From: Paramecium tetraurelia
Lineage: Eukaryota
Length of the DNA stretch: 64,000 bases
Assembly: GCA_000165425.1 (NCBI GenBank)
Contig: CT868463.1
Coordinates: 310,001-374,000, forward strand
Reading direction: 5' to 3'
A model generated the notes under the pieces. The model searched no databases and was not told where the DNA came from. It saw nothing but the letters and a program-made list of their open reading frames with translations. The position numbers and the translations under genes are program-made. Below are positions 38,791 through 51,506 of this stretch, one piece after another (position 1 is the stretch's first letter; every line of letters begins with the position of its first letter).

Positions 38791-39821
38791 TCAATCCCAT
38801 TAAATCCGCTTGCCTTCTTTCCACACTCCCTTACGAGAAGTACCATTCGTAAAGAAATATTCTCCTGCCCCATCCTATTTTCCCATCACCCATTAACCCA
38901 CATACTTATGACCGTCCTCCCATATCAACGTCCCAAACCCATGCTTCTATCCTTCTCTATATTCTCCTTCATACTGCCTCCCTAGATTATGCTGCATTCC
39001 ATACCATCTTCCCATTTCATCATTCCCTTCCCATTCATTTAATTATTGACCCAATCACCTTCGTATATTCTCCCGTCAGGCCAAACGTACTTTCCTTGTC
39101 CATGCAGATTATTCATTTGAAAATTGCCTTCGTACTTAGAACCATCAGGATATGTTAGCTTTCCAAATCCTTCCTTCTTACCTTATTTGTAATGCCCTGA
39201 GCATAGATATATTATCAATCAGCTACCTTCAAAAATAGAACCATCCGGCCAACTCTCAACACCGTATCCATCTTGTCTATCTTCGACCCAGTCGCCTTCA
39301 TATTTCGCTTGGTTAAAGTTTATGTAGACTCCTTTTCCATGAGCCTGGTCGTTTACCCATTCTCCTTTGTAAACATCTCCATCTGAATGAGTCAAAATAC
39401 CATACCCATTAGCCTTATTGTTCTACCATTCCCCTTTATAAGTTGACCTAGACACTTAAAAATAAGATATGTCATACCCATCTGGCCATCTCTGCTCTCC
39501 CTATCCCCAACGTTTCCCTTGCATCCACTCTCCCTCATAGTAAGCATCACTCTCCATTAGTATTTTTCTCAGTTTGGCAGGAACACTTGAGTTCAGAGTG
39601 GATTAAATTAAGAGTTCATCTTCGATTGAAATTATTTAAGGAAGAGCACTTTTGTTTGAACATTAAGAATATTAATCCTCCTTGTTCTCCTTTGATTTCC
39701 CTTGGGTCGAGTGCATGATCAGATCATCACTCTTAATCCCAGTTTCAATTGCAAATTCCTCCTTCTTTGTAAGCTATTGTACCCCTTCACTAACATAACA
39801 CATCTTAGTACAATTACCCAT
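38791..39821 (-). CDS. MORN-repeat protein with an MGNC N-terminus
   Basis: About nine YEGEW...GxG MORN repeats; predicted myristoylation/palmitoylation start. Confidence 0.92.
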
Positions 39822-39851
39822 TTATTTTAATTAATAAAAATATATAAATTT

Positions 39852-41296
39852 TCACTGTTACTCTTCGATTCTCATATTGTCGTCGTTGCCCCAATCCAAG
39901 TAATTCTTTGACTCAGCTGCCTTGTATTCGCTAATAAGCTATTCTAAACACTCCCTTGACTCATCGAACTCATCCAATGAATCCTTAAACATAGCCTCCT
40001 TCTTGTATTAATCGAGGAAAGCATTCCTGTTTCTCAACTTGTGATATTGCTTTAATATTCTATCAAAAAGCTAAAACCGTTTCATAAATATCATACTGAA
40101 TGAATACTCGTGTGATTAGCCAACATAAGTCCACTAACCTTATGAGAAGTCTCGATGTATGGACTCTTCTTTGAAAGAGCTACTTGAATAGAAGTGGGAC
40201 CCCATTCAATGAAACTAGCAAGTTTACGCTCCCTAATTCTTTACAAACTTTTATGGATCTGAGTAGCATCCACATCCCCTTGAATGATGTTCAAAATTGA
40301 AATATAATTTCCATTCTTCGTAGATGTTGAAACCATAATGTTCTTAGTCTAGAGTAGTCTTCTCATGACATCCAAGACTGTAGTTTTTCTTACAGATGAA
40401 ATCTAAATTTAATATGTAAAATTATACATGTCTATCAATAGTCAAAGGAGTATATCCAGTCATCAAAAAGTGACATCTAGGGGTGGGTACTAATCCAGCC
40501 AAAATACTAACTAAATCATTATTCATATATCCAGGATATCTAAGTGTAGTGGTAGAAGCTGCCATGACCATTGCCACCAGAGAATTGGTCTGAGATACAG
40601 TTGGAATGGGTATTTTGAGTCTGTCAACAGCTATTCTATTCAAGGCTGTGTTGTCCAATACAACTACTGCATCTGCATTCTAGGCTAATCTACGAAGAGT
40701 GAGTAGAGAATTGTAGGGTTGAACAACAACATCACTTGTCTCATTTTGATTAGGGAACACAGAGTATGTTTATATGATTTTCTTGGGAAAACGATCATTC
40801 AATCTCTCCAATATGTATGATCCTGATCCTGAACCTGTACCACCAGCAATTGAATGAAGCATTAGAAATCCCTCCAAACTGTCTGATCCATCGGCTTCTC
40901 TGTCGATCATTTCCATCAACTCTTCCTAGTATCTCTCTCCTTATGAATAACCGCATGCCCAATTATTGCCTGCTCCACCTCCATCTTTTGAAATGAATAT
41001 ATTCTCAGGATTGAACAGAGTAGAAAATTGAGAAGTCTATATATAATTGATAACTCTGGGTTCCATGTCGATCAATAATGCTCTTGGTATGTAATGCTCA
41101 TCGTCTGCCTAATAGAAGAACACATCCTTCCTATCATCTCCTTGGAGTGCAAATTCCTCCAAAATTCCCTCATTATTTATACCATGCTCCTTGATTAACT
41201 ATTTCCAAAACTCAATACCAACTAAAAAGGATTGATTATACACTTACTTTGATTACCACATTATCCAACTTGAAGTGTGATGATTTCGCGAGGCAT
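39852..41296 (-). CDS. TUBG1: Gamma-tubulin
   Basis: [71 protein letters not shown]. Confidence 0.98.
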
Positions 41297-41355
41297 TACA
41301 GAATTTAAATTTTTATTTATTATTTTCCCCTCCTAATATTATAATATTAACGGCA
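41297..41355. promoter_or_regulatory. 59-nt divergent spacer between gamma-tubulin and the large MORN gene
   Basis: Start codons face outward at 41296 and 41356. Confidence 0.55.
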
Positions 41356-43383
41356 ATGCGCAATAGTATAATTACTCAACTTGAATTCAAAGATGGAATC
41401 TACCAAGGACAAACATTGCAATCCAGATATAAACAAGGGATCGGAGTTTATTTATGGGAGAATGGATCTGCCTATTTTGGTGAATGGAAATCAGATTAAA
41501 TAGATGGCAATGGAATACTCTTCCTGCCTCCCAAAACAACCATCTAAGGATAATTTAACACAGCTAAATTACATGGAAATTGTCTCATTTAAACAAGACA
41601 AGCAAAATATTATGGTAAATGGCTCAACGGTTTACCCAATGGAAACATGACTGCCCATTTCAAGTAAGGAGAAGTTACAATCGCATTTTAAGATGGCAAA
41701 CCAACTCGAGGTCTTAGTTAAAGAGAATAATCATGCGAAATTCCAAACTTAAAGAGTGTTTAATGTTACAATAGCACTGCTTTATAAACAATTGATTGGT
41801 TAGATGGAACATTCTATGGTGTAACAGGAAAGAACGCAGCAAATAAGGTTGCACCTAATGGATTAGGCGTATTTGTTCCTAAAAATGGATTATTTCAATG
41901 CGGACAATTTAAAGATGGAATCTTGAATGGTCTAGGCAGATTACAGCAACCAACAGGAGAAGTTTATTAAGGTTACTTTGAAAACGGTAAGTAACATGGA
42001 AGAGGCATTTATTTATTTAAGGAAGATGAATTATAATGGGCTAAAGGAATGTGGAGATTTGGAGAATTGATTGAAATCTTTCAAAGTGGATTAGTTAAAA
42101 ATTGCACTTCACCCAAAGATTTAATGTGTATTTTAATTTTATTATCACCTTATAGTTCCCTATAGCGATCATAAAAATCCAATCTAAATCAGACAACCTA
42201 TTACCCTTAACAATATTAAGGAGATTGAAGACTTGTTTGAAATCCAATTTTAAAGATAGGAACCCATCTAAAGATAGACTAGTGCTTCTCCTAGTCCTGA
42301 AAGAAAGAGTAAGCTATCAAATTATAAGTATTTTCAAAACTCTATGACAAATTCGTATTAGAGAATATCAGATGCCTTACATGGTAGTTAATAACACTCC
42401 TCTCCTGGAAGAAACAGCATCTAATTAATAAAGTATTATAAAGGATAATTGAGAGATATTGATTAAAATGAACAATCTTAACCAAAAAGGTCTATTTAAT
42501 CTTAGAAGAATTCAAGAAAGTCTAATTAGAAGAATTCAAGAAAGTCTCATTCTAATTCAAAGTAATATCTAATTTAAAGTACAAAGAAGAAGGATTCCAT
42601 CAATAATAAATCATCAAGCAATTTAAACTAATCAGCATATGTGGAAGAAATAAAAAAGCTTTAAACTCAATTTACAAAGCCTTTTGATCACACAAAAAGT
42701 GTCTAGTCTTAATAAAGTCAGGTGATATTTGATTGCGAAGATCATTCAAGTTAGAGGAGTGAGTTGTTTTAAGAAAAGTAGTAGTCATCACCAAAGGACC
42801 ACATAGACTAGATTATTTAAAAATCCAAATAATACCAAAAAGAACAATCTATGGAGTAATCTAAAAAGTCAATGCTGGATTAATCAAGATCATCCTATCA
42901 ATCAAAACAAATCAAAACTCCTGAACAAATATAACAATCCAAATCATCCTAACAATCTAGGTGTAAATCATCTGAAGGTCTCAAAAAGTTCTAATAGTAA
43001 CACGAAATTGAGGATTAAAATAAATTAAAAAGTGAAGGAAATAAACACCAAAAATTGGATAGTAAAAAAACAGAATAGCACCCTTTGGATTCATCTTAAT
43101 AATCATAATAATTATGGGAATCTAGATAAATTAAAGAATTCTCATAACAGCGAGATTCAAAACGATCTTATCAGTCTTCATAGCCGGTATCATAAAGAAT
43201 TTCTATCAAATCCATAAATTAAGTAGCTTCTAAACAAATAACTCCCTAATAATCTCATAGAGATCATTAGGAATAAAGTAAATTCCAACAATTAGAAGAA
43301 TCATCATAATAGTCATAACAATTTAATTAATCATAATAATCACATCCATCTTAATAGTAGAAATAAAAGTAATAATAATAGTA

Positions 43384-43426
<43 letters not shown>

Positions 43427-45049
43427 GACATTGATCACAACAAAAAATTGAGTTTCTGTTAATAAGACTTTGCCTTAGATATGAGAAATACAGCTATCTT
43501 TAATTAGGTTGAATCAAATCAATCAAGTCAAATCAAATTTCATAGACATAAAAGAAGCTAATCTCAAACTGATTTTGATAAATTTGACATTGGGGATGAT
43601 ACTCAAATGAAGTTGATTAAACAACAACAATTATATATGTAATAGATGATAGAGCTATAATAACGAGAATTAGAATAACTTAAAATGCAACAATAATAAT
43701 TAGAGGAAGAGAATCAAATATCATAAAGTAGACCAGGATATAAAACTAATGCCTCCATAGATTCATAAGAAAGTTATCCTCAATAATAGTCAGAAAGCTG
43801 TCATTAAGATTTTATTAAAACAGTAAGTGATGTATTGAAAAGTGAATTGAAAAAAAAGTAGGAGGATTCATTTAACAGAGATAATTAAAATAATTCTCCT
43901 CACTTTGAATAATCATAAATAACAAATAACCAATAGTCTATGTTCTTTAATGATATTTAGAGTTTAGATAATGTGAATGTAAATGATAGATTGAATAACA
44001 GAAGATCAAGTCAATAACAAGATGAGGCAAATAAATCAAGAGCTGACTCAATTATTAAAAAATAACCTGTTTCTCATAGTGAATTAGATAACTTGCAAAT
44101 TGATAAAATGTAAGACGCTTAGTCAAGATAATCTAGATAATCAAGACAATCAAGATATTCTGGAGAAAATAAATAACAAAGGTCGCAATCACACCAATCC
44201 AGCTAACGAAATTATTCAAATCAATAGCATTCATTCTATTAACAAAAATCTTAAGAATAATTTTATCCATAAAAACAACCATCAGTCATTTAAGAAAAAG
44301 AATAGCCATAAAATCTTTAATAATAAGTTAAGGGTGAGTTCATTAATATCTAAAATAAGTCGGATCAACTATCAAACAAGGATAACTACTAAGACTAGTC
44401 ATTTAGTTCACAATAGATGTCTATTATTTCTAATCAGTTCCAACATCAATAAAATAGTTTTAATAAATAAACACCATAGGAGTCTATTTTGTCAAAATAA
44501 ATACCAAATTAAAAGGACAACAATGTTCTAAAATAGAATTAACAAAATACTCAATAAAAAAGAAAATAACAGAATTAAAGTAAAAATGAAGAATCAATAG
44601 ATTAATTGATGAAAAAATAAACTCAACAATAATTTTCAAAAGCCGAATTAAAGTTTGTGGCTTGTCCCTCTTAGCATTCTCTGCCTGGCTAAGTCAGCTT
44701 CTCTGATAAATAATTACAAATTAAACCAGATTAAATGAGCGAAAATATTCAAGTAACCATTTTAGATGACTAATCAGATACAAAACAAAATATCCAAGAA
44801 ATTAAGTTACAATTAGCAGCCCAAAAGGAGATTCTTTCCTAATTGTATCATTCTATTTAAGAATCTAAGTAGATGAAAGTTTCTTAGTTTGACTCTGATA
44901 AGAGAATAAGTGAATAAAGAACTGTAAAACGAGGAATGGTGAGTGCAGTTGTTGATCCCTGCAGTAGCCCTATTAAGAAGGTAATAATTACAAAAGGAGT
45001 ATATCCTGCTTTTACTATTATAAAATCCTTATCCCCGATAAGACTTTGA
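41356..45049 (+). CDS. Large protein with N-terminal MORN repeats and a long Q/S/E-rich low-complexity tail
   Basis: GIGVYLWENGSAYFGEW...GNG and GEVYQGYFENGKQHGRG; intron at about 42128-42154; open to TGA 45047-45049. Confidence 0.85.
42502..42547 (+). repeat. 24-nt coding tandem duplication
   Basis: ttagaagaattcaagaaagtct(aa) occurs twice in tandem. Confidence 0.85.
43370..43426 (+). repeat. (TAA/TAG)19 microsatellite encoding poly-Gln
   Basis: 19 consecutive in-frame TAA/TAG codons. Confidence 0.9.
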
Positions 45050-45114
45050 TTATTAATACATTATGAATTCTATAAAATAAATAATATAATATCTTATGAA
45101 AAATATAATATTTT

Positions 45115-47197
45115 TCATTATAAATTCTCATCTATTTTCTTAAATTGCCAAGGCCATCTCCAATTATATAAAAACTGCCTAAAGTCAAAGCGATTGTCAT
45201 CTTGTGAAAATGCTTAGGCATGAAATGAAGCAGTAATAGTGACCACCTTGTGTCTATTTAAGGCATAAAACATGAAGAATTTCTTCACTTTTTCAGCTAC
45301 TTGTTATGGAGTCAAATTGGACCAAAGATATCTCAACTTTTTAAACATACTAACTGGCCCCAGTTTCTACACTTTTCTCAATTTTGCAAATGTTTCCAAT
45401 TCATTGAATGTTAATTCCATGTCATTTTCTGAAATATGGCCTTCAGCTGTTTAAGGTCTTAATTCTGGTGATGGTTTAGCTTCTAAAATTAATTAAATGG
45501 CTGAAAAGTTAAAAGTCTTGTAACAAAATAAAAGAAGCTCCCTTAAGTCATTTTTACTTAAACTACCTATTGGATTGATATCAGCACTTGAGCAATCATA
45601 TTTAGTAAAGAATCCTCGGATAGATTCATCTAAATTGCTAGATCCAAGTACAATCAAAAATCCCTTTTTTCCATTATTCCATGGGGTTAATTAGGCCAAT
45701 AAATAAGTAAGAATCATCCTTGATCTTGCTTAGATATTTTATAAGGCTAGATCTTCTGATAGAGATCCTCCATTTGAAACAAATTAAGGTTCCTTTTTTA
45801 AAATAGGTTTTATACAGGATGTACAAGCTTTGCAAACCTAATCAATTTCGATTTCGTAATGTCTACTGCCTATTTACTCAGCTAATAATTTTGATCTAGC
45901 TCTAGAATCCTATGTTGAATTTTCAGACCCAAGATAAACAGTAAAGAATAGTTTATTAACAATTTCTTATGGAGATTTAGGAGTGAAGGTATCATCTTCT
46001 ACAATTTTACGTAATTATTACAATACTTTGATATGAGTTTAGTAATCATTATCAACATTGTTAATAGTTTTGAAGATTTTGTTCGCCATAAAAAATACAG
46101 TTAGTGCAGTGGCACTGCTGTCCAAGCCTCCCGATAATGGAAGCATAAATCCACAGGCTCCAGATCTTCTCATGTAATCCCATAAGTAACAGGCTGTCGA
46201 ATCTTCAATTTCCGATTCGTATTGGATAGGAATATCATGGTAATAAATGTAATTCTATTATTAGGTCAGATTGATGTCAAGCTTGACTCTTGGGAAATGC
46301 TTTTATTTGGAAGCCATAAGAGATCTACTCTTGATGTTAATTCTAATGTTCCTAACTTCTTGTAAATCAATATCACATGTTGTTACTTCTACATCTTTAA
46401 GTGAGAATGCGTCACTTTTGGCAAATACTTTACCATTCAACACAATGCATGAACATCCATCAAAGTACAATCTATTACCATCACATCCTCTCAGATTACA
46501 AAACGCATAACATGCACCATTTCTCTTTGTTATATCTTTGAATAATTCTGTTCTTTCTTTAATTTTACCAACTTCATAATGAGATCCACTTGAATTGAGA
46601 ATTATTTCTGCTCCATCTAATGCTTGATTTGCACTAGTGGGAATGGGTGTCCACATTTCTTCGCATATTTCTATACCAATTTCTGTATCGTGAGTTTGCA
46701 AAATAGCAACTCCAATGGGTACACATTTCTATCCAGTGGCTATTTAAATGATTGGAGGAAGTTCAAGATCCTCAATTTCTTTACTCCATGGAGTGAAATA
46801 TCTAGATTCTCTGTAATTTCCATCATCTGCCAAATACATTTTTGGTCTAACCAAGTGAATCTTTTTGTTTAGCAAAATCACTCTACAATTGTAAAACACA
46901 CTTTTATGGATAACTGGCATCCCTATGTCACAAACTATGTTAGCTGTATGAGGAAGTATCTCTGCTAATGCTTCCCTATAACTTAGAATCAAGTTCATAC
47001 CAACAATGGGTAACTGTATCGGATTCCAAAAAATGGTCTTCACACATGTACCCACATATCTCCAATTCTGGTCCTAAGCGGTATAAACATTGTTTTCTTT
47101 TGCAAATTTCTATGCTTTCTATAATATTTTAGACATTCTGAGTAAAGTCCATTGCCCATTAATTTAATGTGCATACGCCTAATCTTGTTATTGACAT
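45115..47197 (-). CDS. NADSYN1: Glutamine-dependent NAD+ synthetase
   Basis: [81 protein letters not shown]. Confidence 0.97.
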
Positions 47198-47213
47198 ATT
47201 ATTAATTTTATAT
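47198..47213. promoter_or_regulatory. 16-nt all-A/T head-to-head intergenic spacer (bidirectional initiation region)
   Basis: CAT at 47195-47197 and ATG at 47214-47216, each followed within a few codons by conserved motifs. Confidence 0.6.
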
Positions 47214-48484
47214 ATGGAATTTGCTTTTTTTCTATTTGTAAATCCCACTTCTGGTGGAAATCGGGCAGGAGTGTATCTTTAATTGGATGCAGAAACAATT
47301 AAATTTAATCTTAATCAAAAACCGATCAATGTCTATTTCACAAGTCTGCTCCAACGAGACTAAGTAGAAATGAATCTAAAAAGAATTAAAGAATTCCTAT
47401 AAAGAAATATGTAAGTCAGAGTAATTGTTTGTGGAGGTGATGGCACTGTTATGTGGGTAGTTGATGAAATGCATAAACATAATGTTGATTTTGCTAGTTG
47501 TCCTATTGGCATAATTCCCTTTGGAACAGGAAATGATTTTTCAAGGGTCCTAGGTTGGGGCGGAGATACAGATGGAGACTTGGGGGCATGCTTGAGAAAC
47601 TTCAAACAGCAAATATCATAATGGCTCAATGCCAAAATACATGATTTCGATCTATGGGAAATAAGTGTTACTGTAGATGCATAAACTGGATCGTTTAAAA
47701 GAATTAAAAAATAAGGAGATCTATTCCAAAAAGAGGTTCTCTAAAAAGACAAAGATATCTTGAAATAACTCGATAAAAGAATGTCAAATTATTTTTCCAT
47801 TGGAGTAGATGCTCGTATTGGATTTGGATTTGATAAGAAGAGAACCTAATCTGCATGTTGCAATAAGTGTGTTTACTTCTGTGAGGGAATCAAAAAAATG
47901 TGTCTTAAGAATCCAACCACTAATTAAGTCATCTCTGGAATGCAAGTCTTAAAAGAATAAAATTTAACCATCGAACAAATTACCAATGCTCCTACTGACG
48001 TATTATTTAAGACGAAAGGTCAAAATCAACCTGAAGATCAATAGCTTTTAAATGAATCCAAATTTATACTAAGTGGAGATCCAGTTACATTACTTTGTTT
48101 AAATATCCAATCATACTCTGGAGGAGCTGGAGCTATATGGGATAATTGCAGAGGAAAGGTTGCTGTCAAAGAAGGTACTCAGAAACTCTAAGATAAATTT
48201 GTCAATTAGGATTTCGGAGATGGAAAAATAGAGTTTGTAGGATTTAATTCCATGATAGGGATGGCTAATGAAAGGTTAGTTATTTTGTTTTTATTTGTAG
48301 GTTTATTCATGGAAATGCAGTTCGGATTGCTTAGGGAGAAGGACCATTTTTGATCTCGTTTAAAAAAAATGTCTCTCCTTATTTCTAGGTGGATGGAGAA
48401 TTTTATTAAGCTGTAAATCCAATCATGGCCTTATTAAAAAGATCTTCTATACGTATTAAAGTTTTAACGAAATCACAAAATTGA
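47214..48484 (+). CDS. Diacylglycerol kinase (catalytic + accessory domains only)
   Basis: [45 protein letters not shown]. Confidence 0.95.
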
Positions 48485-48905
48485 TTATTATTATATAAAA
48501 CTATGATTCCTAAATAATTCATTAGAATCAAACTTGCAAACAATTTTATTTTATCAATTTCTTGTAATGATTCGTTATATGTTGTCCAGTAAGGCTAATT
48601 TTAATTTTGATTGCCATACTTATATTTTGAAATCTCTAAACAAATAATTGTTAATTTGAAATGTCTATTTTAGAAATTCATATTTCATATAACTTTTCTT
48701 GTGAAAATATAAATTGAAAGAAAATTTATTTAAATTTAGAAAAGTGTAAAGTCTAATCTATAATTTGATTAAATTTTGTTGTAACGACTGCTTATCGAAT
48801 GATTAGTTTAATATTCCTATTCAGTTTCATCAACTGTAATTTACTTAATCATATATATAGAGAATGAAGAAATTAAACAAATATAATGATTTTTATTATA
48901 TTATT

Positions 48906-50549
48906 TCATTTCTTCCATCCTTGCCCTTAGTTTACTGTTGTAAATCTTTATTTTTAAGTTTAAGGATTTATTTATTAAGAATTAGGTTAGAGCTAAATAG
49001 GTTGAGGAGGATTTGGCTAACCTTAAATTGTTACAGCTGGGTTATATGCCATTTTGAATTGGAATTATTATGGAGGTTAGACTTATTGTGCAAACTATGG
49101 TAATTATCCTAATTATGATTGTTGTTAGGGCTAATATTATTGCTATTACTATTATTATTATTATAATATTAATTATTATTACCATTAGTATTATTACTAT
49201 TATTATTACTATTTTTATTATTATTATTATTACTATTATTATTATTATTATTATTAAAATTATTATTATTAAAATTATTATTATTATTAAAATTATTATT
49301 ACTATTAATATTATTATTACTATTATTATTATTAGTATTATTATCCACTTGTGACAGATTAAAATCTAGGATTTGTATTTTGATTTTATTGCAAATTTGG
49401 AAAATTATTTGGAAAAACTGATGGTTATTGTGGAAAAACTTAATTTGCTTAAAATTTGTTTTTTTAATTATTTTAATTGGCCTAGTTTTGTTGTCCTATT
49501 GGGAATGGAAATACCTACTATTAAAGATTCCCATTGTATTAATTTTATAGCTATGGCTATGCGTTAGCTTAGGGTTATTTTTGTTGTGGATTATTGAATT
49601 ATTGCTTGAATTATTATGATGGTGGAAATTAACCTTTCTATTATTTTTGTTTTTAATCAAAATATGATGATAAGTCTTGCCATGTTAATCTATTTTTTGG
49701 GTCCCAAGTAATCATTTTATCCAATAATTCTATAATCTCTTTATCTATTTCTTTTTTCTACAAAACATCTTCATATAATTTAGAGAAATTGGTATCCTTG
49801 AGCTTTTCTATTTATCTATGTTTAAATTATCTTTCTAAGATTGCCAATTCAAATATGATTACTCCAAGCTATTAAATATTTTTTATTATACTGAAAAGAT
49901 GTCACATTCATAATTGTAAGCATTTTTATCTTATTCATTCGAAATCTCTGGAGCACAATAATACTAAGTTCCAACTTTTTTTGTCATTTATCCACTTGAT
50001 GATGGATCCATTACTTTACTCAAACCAAAATCAGCAATCTTAAAATAAGGTAAATCTTAATACTTTTATTTATAATTAATTGTCAATCATATTATATAAA
50101 ATGTTTTCAGGTTTTAGATCTCTATGAATAATATTTGCAGAAATCAATTAAAGATAACCCTAGGTTATTTTACTTACTATATAAAATATTTCATCCTTTG
50201 TAAATAATTTATTTTCTTCATTTTTTTTTCTTTTAATTAGCTATCTTAGACTTTAATCGCATCTTTCCATGAAAATATAGGCATGGTCATCTTCTACATC
50301 AGAATCATAAACTGCATAAATTTAAACCAAATTTTCATATTTTTTACCCACCATCATCTTACAAATATCGAATTCTGGCACTTGAACTGTTTGTAGAAGA
50401 TGCTCACCAAATTGTTTCTTTTTTTTCATTATTTTTACACAAACGCTTAACTATTAATTCTTTAATGATTTAGCTTTGTGTACTTTACCAAATTATCCTT
50501 CTCCTAAAGGATCTTCTTCCACAGAATATTCACCCTTAAACTTTGACAT
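48906..50549 (-). CDS. Ser/Thr protein kinase with a Q-rich C-terminal tail
   Basis: LGEGQFGKVHKA, CVK, IIHRDLKPENIL, KIADFGLSK, VGTQYYCAPE. Confidence 0.92.
49133..49344 (-). repeat. Imperfect (TAA)n repeat encoding a Q-rich tract punctuated by F/Y
   Basis: tta/cta triplets on the + strand are in frame with the kinase C-terminus. Confidence 0.85.
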
Positions 50550-51506
50550 AATTGATAGAATTATAAATATAATAAAAATATTCATTTCATATGAGTTGTA
50601 ATTCCCTAATTAAACTTCATGGAATGAAGATTAATAGATGAATATCATCTAATTTCTAAGATAAAAATAACCTTTTAGAATTAAGAAACAAGGAAAATAT
50701 TAAATTATCATATTATATTATATTATATTGAAGAAACGACATGATGACACAAAATTTTAATTATTAGAAGCTTTCAAAATACTTAAAATGAAACCGTATG
50801 CTAAAATTAAACGCCTGAACGGGATGGTAAAAAAATATCTGATAAATATTATAATCATGTTTGATTCTAGGGTTGATAAGGATAAAGTTCATAATCAAAC
50901 TATTATGATCTTTAAAATAGAGAATCTAATTTAATTAAGAATAAAAAAAATTTAGATTTTTTTCATGAGAAAAAGAATAGTTTGTGCTTTCATCTATTTT
51001 CGGAATATATAATTGGTATTTTTATTAACTACCCACCCTAATCAAGGAATGTAATAAATTAATTTTGACATACTGAATTAGAGAGAGCAATTATGTTTTA
51101 TGATATTCAAACTTAATAAATATTTGATAGTCTAAATTTTTTTGATTATTTTAATTTTAATTTTATTGTTTCACTGATTCTAAATTTTATAGAGTTTGAA
51201 CTTTTATCTTATAATTGTGTTGAAGTATAATTCATATTAAAATATAACTCAGTGTTATTGGTTGCATTTCTATAATTTCCAGAAAATTCTTAGAGAATTA
51301 ATTTCTGAATCTATATAGATCCTAAATTATGAATAATTTCATAAATGGTAATTTAATTTTAAGGTGGAATTTATCGAAAAAAATATGATAGTAAGTTAAA
51401 CGGTAATCCTTCGATTTTAATTATTGAAGATTTGGCAGTGAAAACTATGTATAAATTTTAAATAGAATATATTTTTTATAGATTTATTATAAATAAAAAT
51501 TAAATA

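Noticed and set aside
49070..49354. Poly-Ile ORF on the + strand in the ORF track
   Set aside because: It is the antisense shadow of the (TAA)n poly-Gln tract of the minus-strand kinase
50741..50818. Possible C/D snoRNA (ATGATGA...CTGA)
   Set aside because: No terminal stem or recognisable guide; a snoscan/Infernal run would be needed to revive it
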